A stretch of DNA of 64,000 nt. Origin: Octopus vulgaris (taxonomy: Eukaryota). Below, in pieces: positions 40,301 through 55,717 of the stretch. A model generated the notes under the pieces. That model did no database searches, was not told where the DNA came from, and was given only the letters and a program-made list of their open reading frames with translations. How positions within the stretch are numbered: the first letter of the stretch is position 1; each line of letters begins with the position of its first letter. The stretch spans positions 41,664,001 through 41,728,000 of the forward strand of contig OX597830.1 of the NCBI GenBank assembly GCA_951406725.2, given 5' to 3'. Both the position numbers and the translations under genes were made by a program.

Positions 40301-43009
40301 AGTACATGACCATATCAGCGCAGATGTCTCTCTTGCATGCCACATCCAATGCTTCTTATGTCCAGCATTTCTCTCAGGGCACTTACACTCTGTCATGTGT
40401 GCACACTGACATTACACATCCAGCGAATCATGCTAGCTTCATTTCTTTCAAGCCTACGCATGTCCTCTGCAGTCACAGCCCATGTTTCACTACCATGAAG
40501 CATGCAGTTCGCATCGTACAATCTACCTTTCACTCTGAGAGAGAGAGAGAGACCCTTTGTCACCAGTAGGGGTAGAAGCTTTCTAAACTTTGCCCAGGCT
40601 ATTTGTATTCTAGTGGTGAAACTCTTTGAGCATCCACCTCTACTACTAACTTGGTCACCCAGGTAGCGGAAACTATCAACTACTTCTAGTTTCTCCCCCT
40701 GGAGTGTGATGGAATCTGTTTTCTGAGTATCTGTGGTGTCTATTGCCCCTGTGCAACTGCTGCACACAAAAGCTATCTTCTCGGTTAATTTTCCTTTGAT
40801 GTTACTGCACCTCTTATGCATCCATAGCTTACATTGGGTACATCTTATGAAGTTTCTACCTACACCTTTTCTACCGATTGAGCAGGGCCACCTACTTAAG
40901 GGTGTATGTGATGAGTTCGCCTTCCTACTTACTATAACTTTGGTCTTTGCTACATTGACTCTAAGGCCTTTTGATTCTAAACCTAGCTTCCACACCCAAA
41001 ATTTCTTCTCTAGTTACGGTAGTGATTCTGCTATGAGGGCCAGGTCATCAGCATAGAGAAGCTCCCAGGGGCAACCCGTCTTGAATTCCTCTGTTATTGC
41101 CTGGAGGACTATGATGAATAAAAGGGGACTGAGGGCTGAACCTTGGTGGACCCCTACTTCTACCTGGAATTCTTCACTATACTCATTGCCAATCCTAACC
41201 TTGCTAATGGCCTCTCTGTATAGGGCCTGTACTGCCCTTATTAACCATTCGTCAGTCTCCATTTATGAATATTAACCTTGTATTTAAGATGGAAACATGA
41301 TCTTGCTAAATATGGTTATACATAACATAATTACATTCTATTCAATGCTGCTTTATGCAACACTAGTTATTTAATTCCATGACCAAGCATCATGCACATC
41401 AGTAAATGTACTTTTTACTGTTCTTATAGATTAGCACTATCATTTTTATAGGGCTGTTAAAACAAGAATTTAATATTCATAGCTGACAGTGTGCAATGAT
41501 ACAGAAATGCATACATCCTACAATCAGCTGGTGTCATCCATAGCCTTGTGTCTGTGAGGAGAATTTGTGCCATGTCTATTTCTGCAGTGAAAGGTCTTCC
41601 CCTACCCAAGTGTACATGAATGTGATCAATATGGCTGTATACAATTACATAATATCGTGTCATTAATATACTGATTTGAATTCTTATAACATTCTATATT
41701 TATTAATAATGCTGTCAGTTAGCCAACCATCATAAATTAGTTGTAAGCTCCTTAGAAACCTAATCTGTAACACAGGTTCCGTTAGCTCAAGCCACACACT
41801 TGCAAATTTGAGCGAGTCAGAAGCCTAGAAATAAGAAATTCTGCTAAGTGAACTTGCCTTCAACATACTATACGGAAAGAAGTATTTCGTTGCAGCTCAA
41901 TGATCCATCAAGAATCACTGAACATTTTGATTTGATTTTTTTTTTCTATTTATATCATCATCATGACTCTATATCCTTTTTTCATAATGGCATGGGTTGG
42001 ATGATGTATAACAGGATCCATCAAGCCAAATGTCTGCTTTGGCATAATTTCCATGGCTGGATACCCTTCCTAACATCAACCACTTCACAGTGTGTACAGG
42101 GTGCTTTCTTTCAAGTAAATTGCTAGGCAACACCCACAAGTAAGAGGGAATGTAATAGAAAGGGACATGGCTTTATTTTAGGTGTTGAGAGACTAACAAT
42201 GTGTGTGTCTGTGTGTTTGTACATATATGTATGTATATATGTTTTATATATGCAAGTATTGTTGTTTATTTTCAGTTGCCATAAACTGTCAGGAAACTCC
42301 TGGGATTGCAGCCCGAACATTGGCTAACATAGCTGATTTGTTAGCAACTATGGCCAAGGGTTGTGGAGGGTTGCGTAGTGGACCAGCTGCTAATTCGGCA
42401 TGGAATAAAGCTTTCCAGTTTCTTGAGGTAACTTAAAATCCTCTTCTTAAAATCTTCCCATTGGTTTTTATTGCTTGTCAGCAGCGTCCCCACAGATGTA
42501 CATAGGTGCTTGGTTTTAGCAATGCACCTTGGATGTACAATGTCTGCAGTGTGTTAGTGGTAACTAAATGCCATTGTACTATCAGTGTTTGCTGTTGTTA
42601 TCTCTCTATATATAAACGGCAGTTTGTCTGTGCGTGTTTCTGTGTGTCTGTTTGCTTGTACCCTCACCCTGACCACGGCTTTCAACCGATTCTGATGAAA
42701 CTTGACACACACATAGCCCAATGTCATAATTCAAAACTAACGCAGCCAAAATTTTGAAAAGTTCCCCCAGTTCTGAAAAAAATCGATAAATTCGACATGG
42801 GGTCGAGAATCAGAAACACGAACCACAAACTGTCTAGGGAACGCAACTCCATCCTTTTTTAACTCTCAAAAAAAAATTTACCATCATTTTTTTCCTATTT
42901 TTTGGCTATAACTCTCTGAAAATGCTTTATAGTTATTTCCCTTACAAACCTGAGCAACGCCGGGCGATACTGCTAGTCTCTTAATATAATAATGAGCGTA
43001 GTGTTTTTT

Positions 43010-43049
<40 letters not shown>

Positions 43050-46000
43050 CCAGAATCGTGCTGGATGTGGAGGAGGAGAGAAAATAGTAATTCAGTGAAG
43101 GAGAAGTAGTGAGAGTAATAGCCCTGACTGAGAGGGAGTGAGAGAAAGTAATAGCAATGAAAGAAAGGAAGGGGTGAAAAATATTCAGCGTTTCAACTCT
43201 GTGTGAGTATATGTGTGTGCGTGTACAAGGGAAGTATGTGAATGTTTATATGTGTGATTATTATGTAACTTATTTATATATAAAATACTACAATTAACTG
43301 TCATTATTGATGATACATTGTCAGTTAGTATTTATGTATTTTTCCTTTCGATTATTTCCTTTGAAATCATGTTGACGTGCAGAATATAATTGACTGTAAG
43401 ATCAATAAATCAAAAGTTTAAAGTTACATTGATCTGTTTACTTTGGTAGCTATGGAGTGATAGATCAGTCATAAGTCCATTCAACTCAAGAGTGAATGTT
43501 TGACTAAGAAAGCTTTAATGTTAAAAAAATATTTTCTTTTCTTTTTGTTGGCATTTTGGTTTTGTCATTACAACAGCAATTATATCAATGGATATAAATT
43601 TATTTCATTCTTTGTGAAATGAAGATGGTGGGCTTTTCAGTTGTACATAATAAACAGTCTGGTCTCACAGTCTGCAATAAGAGCAAAAATAATTATTTCA
43701 CATTCTTTCAAAATCTTCTAAATTCCCATTAAAATATTCTGAAAATTCATCACAAATACACTTTCTGAAACTTATCAGCACCCAGAATGCAGCTCTTCAT
43801 ACTTGTTCTTTGAGTGGTTATTGTATCTCTTTTTTTCCTTTCAAAACATTGAATGGGAGACTATGGAGATAAATCTGTATTTTATGACAATCAGAAATGT
43901 TGATTTAAGTGCATTTATAAAAACATTTTTTAAATTATATTTTCTATATAATATTCATTTCATATAATTTTTCTTGTATTTTATGTATTTCTGGTTGAAC
44001 TGATCATTTTACAGTTTTTCAATTATGACTGAACCTCAGTCTAAATACTCCATTTAATAGTAGATGACCTGAATTTTTTTTGTTGTTTGTTTAATCTTTT
44101 GTGTGAGTGTGGGTGGGAGGATGATGCATGTACACATGTGCTATTGTTTGACAAAGCTTGCATAATTTTTTATTTTATTTATCGTAAATCATGAGCTGCA
44201 GCTTTTTAAGATCAATACATGATGTCCTGATGTCGGTCATAGAATAGTGTCAAGGATTTGAAGTCAATTTGTGAGAACTTACTGATAGTTGTTATTAACA
44301 ATGAGATTTTCATTTCACAAAGAGGATAGATTACATAGTATAAGTGCATGTGTGTGTGTGTGCGTATGGCAGAAATTTGATGTTATTCAAAATTTATTTT
44401 AAAGCATGAGCAATGAAGATATATTACCAACTCTGAGAGAAGGAGTAGCATTAAAAACTGAGAATATTCTAATAAACTGTGTCACACGAAATTGAGAGAC
44501 TGTCTGGGCAATAATTAATTTTAGTTATTGTATAAACTGGAGATTACAGTTATAGATTTAGGAAAATAAATTTCAATCTAATATATAATAAGCTTGTATA
44601 ATAATGTTATGTAAGGAGGATAACATCTGTTTCTTCCATTGTTTAAATAAAGACCTTGATTAATCCTTACATTTGAAGGCATCAAATAAACTGTTATATA
44701 ATGTTCTGTTTAGATGAACCAGATTGCTAATGGAATTAAATCTTTGGCAAAAGAACGAAACAAATGGCTGCACCGACCAGACTTGTTAATCCGAGCATCC
44801 AGACACTATGAAGGTGCTGCACAAATTCTAATTCGGCAAGCAGTCATGACTGGTAAAAAGGTAAAGCAAGAATAATTTAAATTACCTCCGTTAACACCTC
44901 TACCACCACTACTGTCATTACAAGACATTGAGAGAGCTTCTTTGCTGTCACTTGGCCTGCTAGAAATAGCAGCCAAATCTGTCTTGTATAACACCTACCA
45001 TTTGAAAAAAAAAAGAAAAAGGGAAACCAACGTTGGATAATGTAATAAATAGTACTCTTTACATCATGTCTGAAAGAAAAGATGGTATGATTATGGCAGA
45101 AATATCTTTGGTCATAGTTCTGTTCAATCTGAGCTGACCTGTGACTAAACAACCACCATTATTTATCAAGTTTGATCTGTCGAATCAATTGCCAATACTC
45201 AGTTGGTGAAGACTAACCTCTCAGCAGCTGCAATAAAGTTACCTCCCTATCCTTAATGCTTCTGTATAGTTGCTCCTAGATAGTTGAATGATCTTCCTTG
45301 CAAGAAAGATTATAGAATAACCTCCCTTTACTAAGTTTCTCAAAGCATCTGTGTCATGAGACATGATTTTTAATTATTCAAGAAGCTTAGCGTTTCTCTT
45401 GGAAGTTTCTTGAATGTCTAGCATTCTATTAATAAAAACAACTTGCTAACCCTGCTCTTCGCTTCTTAGTCTATTAGACTTAGAGCCATTCAGGTCATTG
45501 CTATGTCCATCTATTTCTCTATGCCACATGACTGAAAACCACCACTTAGCTTTTTCTATATTTCGTATCTCTGAACATTCTTGTATAGATTACTTCATTC
45601 AACTAGATTCTATGTTTTGATTATATATCATCATCGACCAGTAAATAAAATATATTTTTATGTAGTAAATATATATTTCTTGAATTCATTCATCTCTATA
45701 TGTAATAATATACATGCAGCCACATCAACACCTCGTACTGACTATATATAACCACTATACTCCCTGCCCCCTACACATACACACCAGACTTAGTCATGGC
45801 ATTTACATTCTTTTTTCTGCCTTGCAACTTACTTGTTGACCTCACTAGTGCTGGTGGCATGGAAAAAAAAAAGCATCCAGTACACACAGTAAAGTGGTTG
45901 GCATTAGGAAGGGCATCCAGCCATAGAAAACATGCCAAAGTTGACAATAGAGCTTGGTACAACCCTGCAGCTCACCTGATCCTGACAAACTGTCCAGCCC

Positions 46001-49000
46001 ATACCAGCATGGAAAACAGACATTAAATGATGAGGATGAAATAAGTACATTGCGCTTTTGTTTTCAAATATTTCCCATGTCAAATAAAGTGGTTGGCATT
46101 AGGAAGGGCATCCAGCTGTAGAAGTCATGACAAAGCAGACCTTGCAGCTCAATGCAGACTTCTGGCTCATTAGTTCCTGCTGAACCATCCAACCCATGCC
46201 AGCATGGAAAAAAAGGACGTTAAAATGATGAAGAGGATCATCCTTATGTACCATGCTCTGCTGGAGCCTCAGTAAACACATTTTTCTACTGTCGTTCCCC
46301 ATGTCCTTTTCCACAATGCAGCACAGCTGATTCTAAGAAATGAAGTGGGGGAAGGAATCAATCCTTAGTACTTAATTGGTATTTTACTTCACCAAGTCTG
46401 GAAAGATGAACTTAGCAGGATTTGAATTCAGAATGCCAAGTTCCAGAACAAATACCTCAAAGTGTTTATCCAATGCTCTAATAATTCTACCAACCAGCCA
46501 ACCACACTAGTATTATAATTGAGCTTAGTACATTTCACTAAACCCCTTTCATGGATTCTTGTGAGTATACACAGATAAATCTAACTTCAGAAAGAGAACA
46601 TTTTTGCTTTCCATTTCCTTTTATTTTTCTGAAAGTTTCTTCATATTTTATGAGAAAATGTATTTAACAAAACAAAACACACTTGAAATATTTTGATGCA
46701 CTCTTTCAATAATTCATTATTTATCTATTTATAATTTTCAGTTTGTAGAAGTGAAAGATGGCGTTTTGCCTGATTATGAAAAATGGATCACAGTGGAGTG
46801 CCCTGCTCGACTTGATCTTAGTGGCGGCTGGACAGATACACCTCCTATTACATATGAATGTGGTGGGGCAGTGACTGGAGTTTCTATCACCATTAATGGA
46901 AAGGTAAGGCCCACTATAACAATTATTTGAGATCAGAAATATGGTCAGTAAGTATAAAAGGTCAGTAAGTATTAGCAATAAAAGAGTTGGAAGGTCACCT
47001 AAGAATTAATACTGAGTCACAGACCACTACAAATCATCAGAAAAAGTAGCCAAAATGGCATGAACAATACATAAGATAATGTACAGGAATGAATCATTAA
47101 AAAAAAAATGATGGGAATCACATCAGGAGTATTATTGGTGAATTTCAGGAAGCATGGAAGTTTTGAAGGATGTAGTGTCTCGACAGTTAACAACTGATGC
47201 AAGTAGTTTATTCCATGCTTCAGCAATTCTGAGCATGAGAAATGTTCACAAGTCATGGGTGCTGTGTTGTTTTTTGATTTTATAAGCATGTCCACGAGTG
47301 TTAGACATATGGAATTCAAAAAGGTGCCCAAAGTTGTTTTTGGAAAGATGGTGGATAGTCTTGTGGGTGTTTACCGAGTCAGTAGCCACTTGTCAGAGTT
47401 TTAATGGGTCCATGCTTAGAGAAGCAAGATGTTCAGAGTTTGGCAGACGCCTGATGGTGGGTATTCGTTTGGTTGCATATTTCTGAACAGTTTCCAGGAA
47501 ATTGATATGATGAGCAAGACAGGGGCTCCAAACATGCTAGCCATGTTGGCTCATTAATTTTTAACTTCTGAAGCTATAGTTGTAACTGAATTAGGAAAAG
47601 GAAATAAAAATGGTGATTATTCAGATTTGTTGCTGTCACAATCTTACAATTATGGTTTGCTGGACTGAGTGGTGCATTGTGTTCTTCAGCACAAACACTT
47701 CATCTAACATTGCTCCTGTGCACTCAGCTATAGATGAGTTCTAGCAATAGCTTGAAAGTTAACTCTGCAATGGACTGGCATCCTATCCAGGGAGGAGTGT
47801 TGTAATCTGTCACTTATGAATGATGGAAACTGGGTGAAGCTCTAGCCTCCGAGAGATAAAAAATAAAATCTAGCATTCAGCTATAGATGAGTTCCAGCAA
47901 TAGCTGGAAAGTTAACTCTGCAATGGACTGGCATCCTATCCAGGGAGGAGTGTTGTAATCTGTCACTTATGAATGATAGAAATTGGGTGAAGCTCTAACC
48001 TCCCTGAGAGATAAAAAATAAAATCTAGCACTCAGCTATAGATGAGTTCCAGTAATAGCTGGAAAGTTAACTCTGCAATGGACTGGCATCATATCCAGGG
48101 AGGAGTGTTGTAATCTGTCACTTATGAATGATGGAAATTGGGTGAAGCTCTAACCTCCCTGAGAGATAAAAAATAAAATCTAGCACTCAGCTATAGATGA
48201 GTTCCAGTAATAGCTGGAAAGTTAACTCTGCAATGGACTGGCATCATATCCAGGGAGGAGTGTTGTAATCTGTCACTTATGAATGATGGAAACTGGGTAA
48301 AGCTCCAGCCTCCCTATTTGAGAATAAGATAAAACTGAAAAATAATAAAAGTTGAATTGCATTTGACATTATTCTTCTCAATTATGTCTTTATTTCATCC
48401 ATTCTACCTTATACAATGTGATAGTTTTGTTATCTGATAAAAAATAATCTGCTGGTTTAAATCGTTTAGTTAATAAGTTATTAAAATTTTGATAGCAATA
48501 GTTTGGCAGATTTAGAAGAAAAACAGACAAAATGCTATACAGTGTTTAGTTAGGCCTCTTTTATGTTCTGATTTTGAATCCTCCTGAGTTTAACTTTGTC
48601 TTTAATCCTTCCAGGATTGAATTATACTTCATTAGGATTGATTTTGTCTATGTAATTCACTATACCTCATTCCTCTGATCTGTTAGCCTTGTGCCTATGT
48701 TACGAAGCAGTAGTAAAATTTTAAGTGTTATTTAATGTTTTTTTTTTTCCCCTTATATCTTCTGTTTGTTTATTTTCATATTACTATAGAAACCAATTGG
48801 AGCAAAGGCAAAAAGAATAGAAAAGTAAGTTTTCTATTTTTTTTTTCATATTTCAATTCAAATGGAAAGTGAGTGTGTGTTTGATTTTTAATATAAGCAT
48901 AATGCTATAAATTTGCGGGGATCACGCAATCAATTGAATTATACTCTAAACTTAATTGATAATTATTTTACCAGTCAGGGTAAGTTGGAATTTAACTCGG

Positions 49001-52000
49001 ACTATAAAGGGTTATATTTTATATGAAATATGTTGTCAGTATTTTTTAGCCCCACCAAGGGTTAACTCATCTAACAGACCTTATGATTAGAAGCATTCCT
49101 GCTGTGACCATCTCAACTATTTTGTATATCAGGCACCACATTGTCCAGTGTATCCTTTTTAAGTTGGTAGGGTGTGATTTGAGAGAGATTTTGCTGATAT
49201 TTCTAGCAGCTTAAGTGACCATGAGGAAGCTTCCTTAGTTGGGTTTTTAAAACATATTGACACACTGGTGTCAACTGGCGAAGCAATATTTTTTTTGTAA
49301 AAGAAACAAAAAGTTTCTGTGAAAAGGGCAAGAATATTTTTTCATTAAAATGAAGTTTGTTTTGTTTTTTAAATTGATTTAATTATGATGATGGTCAGAA
49401 TTTTTAAGATGGAGGTGCCCTTGAGAGAAAATAGATTTTTGCTTGCATTAGAATTGTGAAATTTTCACAGAAGATAGATGTTAATAAAATAAACAATGTA
49501 ATATTTTATTGGAAAACAAGCAATTTACGGATTATTATGCCTGCTTTAATTCTATTCTCTTTTTACTTTTCTTTTGTGTAGTCCTCAGATTGTCATTGTA
49601 TATGGTAATGTCCATCTAGTCATTGAAGAGCTAAACCAGCTGGAAGATTATTTTAATCCTCATGCCCAAGGTAATATAGTTTCATGACTTCAGTGTCATT
49701 TGTTTCCACTTCTTCTTCATGTAATCATGTCCAGGCTGTCCATTGCTTGATAGACTGGGGGTGGGGGTTTATTGCCTTGCTTGAAACTCACGCAAGCAAA
49801 ACTGGCCACAACACCAAATGTTTCATGCAATGGAACATTTAATGAAAGACATGGTGGGGAGGTGGGTATCATAAGTAATCTTGAACTGAGCAATGTCTTG
49901 TGTTCTTGAGCAAAACATTTCTTTTCACATTGCGTCAGTCCACTCAGCTGTAGATAAGTTCCAGTAAAAGCTGAGAAGCTAACCCTGCAATGGACTGGCA
50001 CCTTATCCAGGAAGGAATGTTGTCACTTGAGTAATAAGTGAATAATCTTGCAGTAGACCAGAGTCCCATCCAGTGAGTAATACATGAGGGAAAAGTTCCT
50101 AGCTTTGGGTAAAAGAAAATACAGGAGGATCAGTTGATTATGATTTTATTCAACAAATACCCCTCTGAGATTTATACTTATTGCAGCAGTATTTCAGTTT
50201 TTCTAAACCCTGTAAAAGAACTTGGAAGATTGGGCCTCCAGCCAGGCCTTTCACTAAACCCTTAAAGCCAGAATCTCTTCAGCACCCCCTTGTATATGCC
50301 AGAGAAACCAAGAAACTGGCCCTATGTTCCTCATAGAGTAATATGGACTAACCCATCATATGTAATAGTGTTGAAAATCAGTAAGTAGTTGTAAATAAGT
50401 GTACACCGGTTGATATTGAGAAGAATAAAATTATTTTGATGTTAAATAACCCTGTGTTATAAGTTAACAAACTTATGTTTATCATTTCAATCAACATGTA
50501 GACTTCAATTTACCAAGAAGACTGTTTTTAATATTTGCAGGTGCTCTTATCAAAGCAGCTTTCCTCTCTGTGAATCTTATATGCCTTTCATCACCCATGT
50601 CTCTCAAAGATCAGTTAATTTCTAAATATAAAGGCGGCTTTGAAATTCATTCTTGGTCAGATCTTCCTCAAGGATCTGGTAAGTAAAATACACACACACA
50701 CAGACAAACACAATATATGCATATTTGTGTGTATGTGTTATATGATGCTCAATTATTAACTCATTAACTGCCAAATTTTTTTATTCATATTTTTTGGCTT
50801 TTCCAGGTCCTCAGGACTTAAAATAATATATAGTATTTAAATTTTCTCATATGTGAATTATTTTGGAAATTAAAAATTTTTGAAAAAGTTCCAAATGGGG
50901 ATTGCTGAAAAAATGCATATTTATCCCTTTCTATTCAATTGCAATAATAAACATTTTAGCTTTTCGGAAACTATAGTATCAAATGCAAATGTGTATGAAA
51001 TATCAATGAATGATATAAATGGGAAATGCAAAAAAAGGTTTTTTGTAGTTCAAAAATTGAGATTTATAATATAAAATGTGCTCTAGAATTAACCAGAGCT
51101 AATAATGACAAGGTTTATCTCCTAAATATTGTTAAATACACCTCTACAAATGCAGTGTACATAAGCAATTCACTTTAAATACAACAAACAACCAGCACTG
51201 AGACTGTTTTTAGCTGATCCCCAAATGGGTCTCATGGCAGGCAATGGGTTAAAACCTGTTCTGCTAATGTTTCTTGATTAACCACTTACCTCTGCAACAG
51301 ATGTTATCGGTGTTGGATTTAGATGTGAGGCCTCAGGCTTCTACTTCCCTACCATTCTCACAAATAAAATTATACATACATCTTAGCCAGAAGATCCTTA
51401 AATTTTGAAGCCTCTGACTTTTGTCTGTCAGATTTATAGATAAATCCAGCACTAGATGTGATACTTCGGGACATTGAAAAGTTTCGTTTAAAAAATCAGA
51501 TTAAGAGACACACATTCAGATTCACATGCACAAATGCATGCATGCACAAATGCATGCATGCACTTTCACATGCATGCACTTGCACGCACACACACACACG
51601 CTCGCGTGCGCACACACCTGCACATGCACACTCTTGCACATGCCCTTGCATGCACACACACAAATACGCATGCACTCACCCATACATATACACTTTGTAA
51701 AAAAAAAAATGTAATGGTAACTGTAGTGTAATTAGTATCACAGTCATCTGGTAATTGATAGACTTATGGTTCAAAACTCACCTGCAGTCTTGTCATTTTT
51801 TAATCTGATAAAATTTACATTTAGATGGTTAATAATATTCAATAGGTGCAAGTGTGTGGCTGTGTGATAAAAAATTTGCTTCTCAACCATTTGTTCCCAG
51901 GTTCAACCTCACAGTGTGGCACCTTAGGCAAATGTCTTCTACTATAGCCTCAGGCAGACCAAACCCTTGTGGGTAGATTTGATAGGCAAAAACTGTAAGA

Positions 52001-55000
52001 AGCCTGTCATATATATATGAGTGTGTGTCTTTGCTCTTCCCCACCATTTAACAACTGGTGTGGGTGTGTTTACATCCCTGTAACTTAGCAGTTCGGAAAA
52101 AGATACTGATATACTAAATGCCAGCTTTAAAAATAAGTAGTTGGGGGTGTAGATTCGTTCAAATAAAATTATTCGTGTCAGTGCCCCAGCATGGCTGCAC
52201 TTTAATGCCTGAAACAAGTAAATGAAAGATAGTGGTAGAGTTATATACAAACTGCTTTGCACTATTTAATTATGACCCTTTATAACTAAACAAAGTCGAC
52301 TTTCCCCTTTCGTGTTTCTGGTAGGGATAAAATAAAGTACCTGTCAAGTTCTTGGCCCGATATTACCTGCTTGTCTCCTCTCCTAAAATAAGTGGTTTTG
52401 AACCTGTTAGTTAGAATAGTCTATTGGAAAACACAAAGACATCAATTTACGTTTATCTACAGGAGTTCTTTCCCTTTAATACAACTATATTTTCTGGCCT
52501 TAAATAAACGTTATTATTGAAGCTGATAAATATCATGACATCCATAGCACAGGTGGCATGGAAAAAGCACACTGTAAAGTGGTTGGCATTAGAAAGGGCA
52601 TCCAGCTGTAAAAACTTTGCTAAAACAGACATTGGAGCTCCATGCAATCCTTGAACACACCAGATTCTATCAAGCCATCCAACCCATGCCAGCATGGAAT
52701 GTAGACGTTAAGATTACTTTGATGAGTCACTGCAGATTCATGTGAATTTCCTTTATTAATCTAAGCAACATTAGTGACATGTGCTATCATGTTTGCCTCA
52801 CTGTTCTCTCAAAAATGAACATAAATGTTAAACTATAACTACAATTTGTCTTAATCTTTGTTTCTGAGTGTGCATTATTAGATTTGAAAACAAATTATGA
52901 CTAGATTATGTCATGATAATACATGAACAGAATATTACATAGTAAATTTACCAGCATTGGTGGGTGTGCAGCTCTCACTTAACTTCTCAGAATATATAGC
53001 AATGAAAGTAATTGCTGTTCGTTAGAAAGAAAGAAAACACAGTCAGTGACAGACACTGATTAGCTGTTTTGTTACTGTATTTCTGTTGAAACATGCTACC
53101 TTTATTTTAATTAATTACAAACTTAATAAAGAACTTAGTAAAATAACTTTGGTTTAAATGCTAAAGGGTTAATAATGATAGTCATATCTAGCCAAAATAC
53201 TCCACCTGTTTTATGTTCAAACTGGCCAGATCTGGCCTTTCACACCTGCCCTACTCTGTTAGTCTAAAAAATATACAGCCATATAACTGAAATCTTAAGG
53301 CTGTGAGATAATGCAGGATAAATTCAAAGCAATGTGAATAAATAGGCATAAGTGGCACCTGTGCCTGAAGCATGTAAAAATCACCTTTTAAGTGTTGGGC
53401 CTCACAGAGGCAATGACAAATGACTGAGACCTTTGGCAATATGCCATGCTTGAGAAGACCCATCAAGCCAAGCAAAATCGTAGTCATGGCAGATACTGGT
53501 GGCACACAAATGGCACCTGTGTCAGTGGCACGTAAAAGCACCTGTTACACTCTTGGAGTGGTTGGCGTTAGGAAGGGTATCCAACCATAGAAGCTATGCC
53601 AAATCAGTCTGGCATGGCCCCTCAGCTTACTAGCCTTGGTCAAACCGTCCAATCCACACCAGCATGGACAACGGACATTAAAAGATGATGAGAAGAAAAG
53701 ATTTGATAGAATAATCTGAATATTAAAGGGTTAAAATGGTATTTGGAACATAAAGTAACTGAAGTTTGATGAAAGGTTGTTGTTTTTTTTTAGATCACTT
53801 TAACCCTTTTGCTACCATATTTCTGTTGAGATGCTGTGTGTTTCTTTCAATTAATTTGAAATGTAACAAAGAATTTAGTATAGTTATCATTCAGCTGGTG
53901 TTAGGACCATAAATTATGACTAAGGTTTGGTGGAAGATTTTAATTCAGAACTTTTGAAAATAAGACATTTGTACTACAGAGCTAGAGACGGCCTAAGCCA
54001 AACTGGCATCTCAGGCCAGTTGGTATCAAAAGCGTTAAAATCCTGCTAAACTAAACAATTAAACTTCTAATTTTATCTGGTTTACGAAATTTTTGCAGTT
54101 GAAATTTCTAAGAGATATTTCTTTCTTGTTTTTTAACATAGGTCTTGGCACGAGTAGTATCTTAGCTGGTGCTGTTATTGCTGCTGTTGTAACTGCTGCT
54201 GGAAAAGTTATTGATGCTAAAAGTTTACTGCATTCGGTGAGGATCATTCAATTTTAATATACTTAGCAGAAATAAATTTTGGCATAATTATGGTTTGGAG
54301 CATCCTCCTCACACCCAACCAAATTAGTTTTTGTGGCCAATGCCAGTGCTGCCTGACTGGGACCCATGCCAGTGGCACATAAAAAGCACCATTCAAGTAT
54401 GGTTGATGCCAGTACCACCTGACTGGCACCCGTGACGGTGACATGTAAAAAAGCACCATTTGAGTATGGCCAATGTGAGTACTGCCTGACTGGCACGTAA
54501 AAAGCACTATACGAGTGTGGCCAATGCCAGTGCCACCTGACTGGGCACATAAAAGGAACCATTTGAGCATGGCCAATGGCAGTGCCACCTGACTGGCATG
54601 CAAAAAGCACCATTTGAGCATGACTGATGCTAGTGCCACCTGACTGGCTCCTGTGCCGGTGCAAAAGCGCCCACTACATTCTCGGAGTGGTTGGCATTAG
54701 GAAGGGCATCCATCTGTAGAAATTTTTCCACATCAGATTGGATCCTGGTGCAGCCTCCCAGATGTAAACAAACCAAAATCAGTTATCAAGCTTCTTTCAG
54801 TTTCATCATCATCATCACCATCATCGTTTAACGTCCGCTTTCCATGCTAGCATGGGTTGGACGATTTTGACTGCGGGCTGACGAACCAGATGGCTGCACC
54901 AGGCTCCAGTCTTGATCTGGCAGAGTTTCTACAGCTGGATGCCCTTCCTAATGCCAACCACTCCGAGAGTGTAGTGGGTGCTTTTTACATGCCACCGGCA

Positions 55001-55674
55001 TGTAAAAATCTACCAAATCCATTCACAAGGTCAACCCAAGGCTATAGTAGAAGACACTTTCTCAAAGGTGTCATGCATTGGAACTGAACCCAGAACCATG
55101 TGGTTGGAAAACAAACTTCTTACTAACAACCACCCCTGCACAAAATCTTTTTAAAATTTTCTTTTTTAGTCATAAAGAAAAGAAATTTATACCTTTTCAA
55201 CCATTCAATAATCTGTTTATTATACGATACCATATTTTCTAGCCTACCGGTCAACATAGTACATAGTGTAAACATGGTGTGTAAACAGCATCACTGTCTT
55301 TCCAAACTATGCTGCGTTTCAGAATTTTTGGTCCTTCAAAATCTTTTTGGTGTTTAAGTTAATTTAAACATTTTTATCTGTAAATTTTGGTCTCAAAAAT
55401 TTAACTTGTATGCCAGAAAATACAATATCAATCAGGATAATGTCATAGATTATTTTGTTTATATATATTATGCAATAATCATGAGCAAATTATCGGCACA
55501 GGTATGGCTGTGTGTTAAGAGGCTTGCTTCCCAACCACAAGGTTCTAGGTTCAGTCCCACTGCTTGGAACCTTGGGCAAGTGTCTTCCACTATAGCCCTG
55601 GCCAACCAAAGCTTCATGAGTGGATTTGGTAGACAGAAACTGAAAGAAGCCTGTTGTGTATGTATGTGTATGTG

Positions 55675-55717
<43 letters not shown>

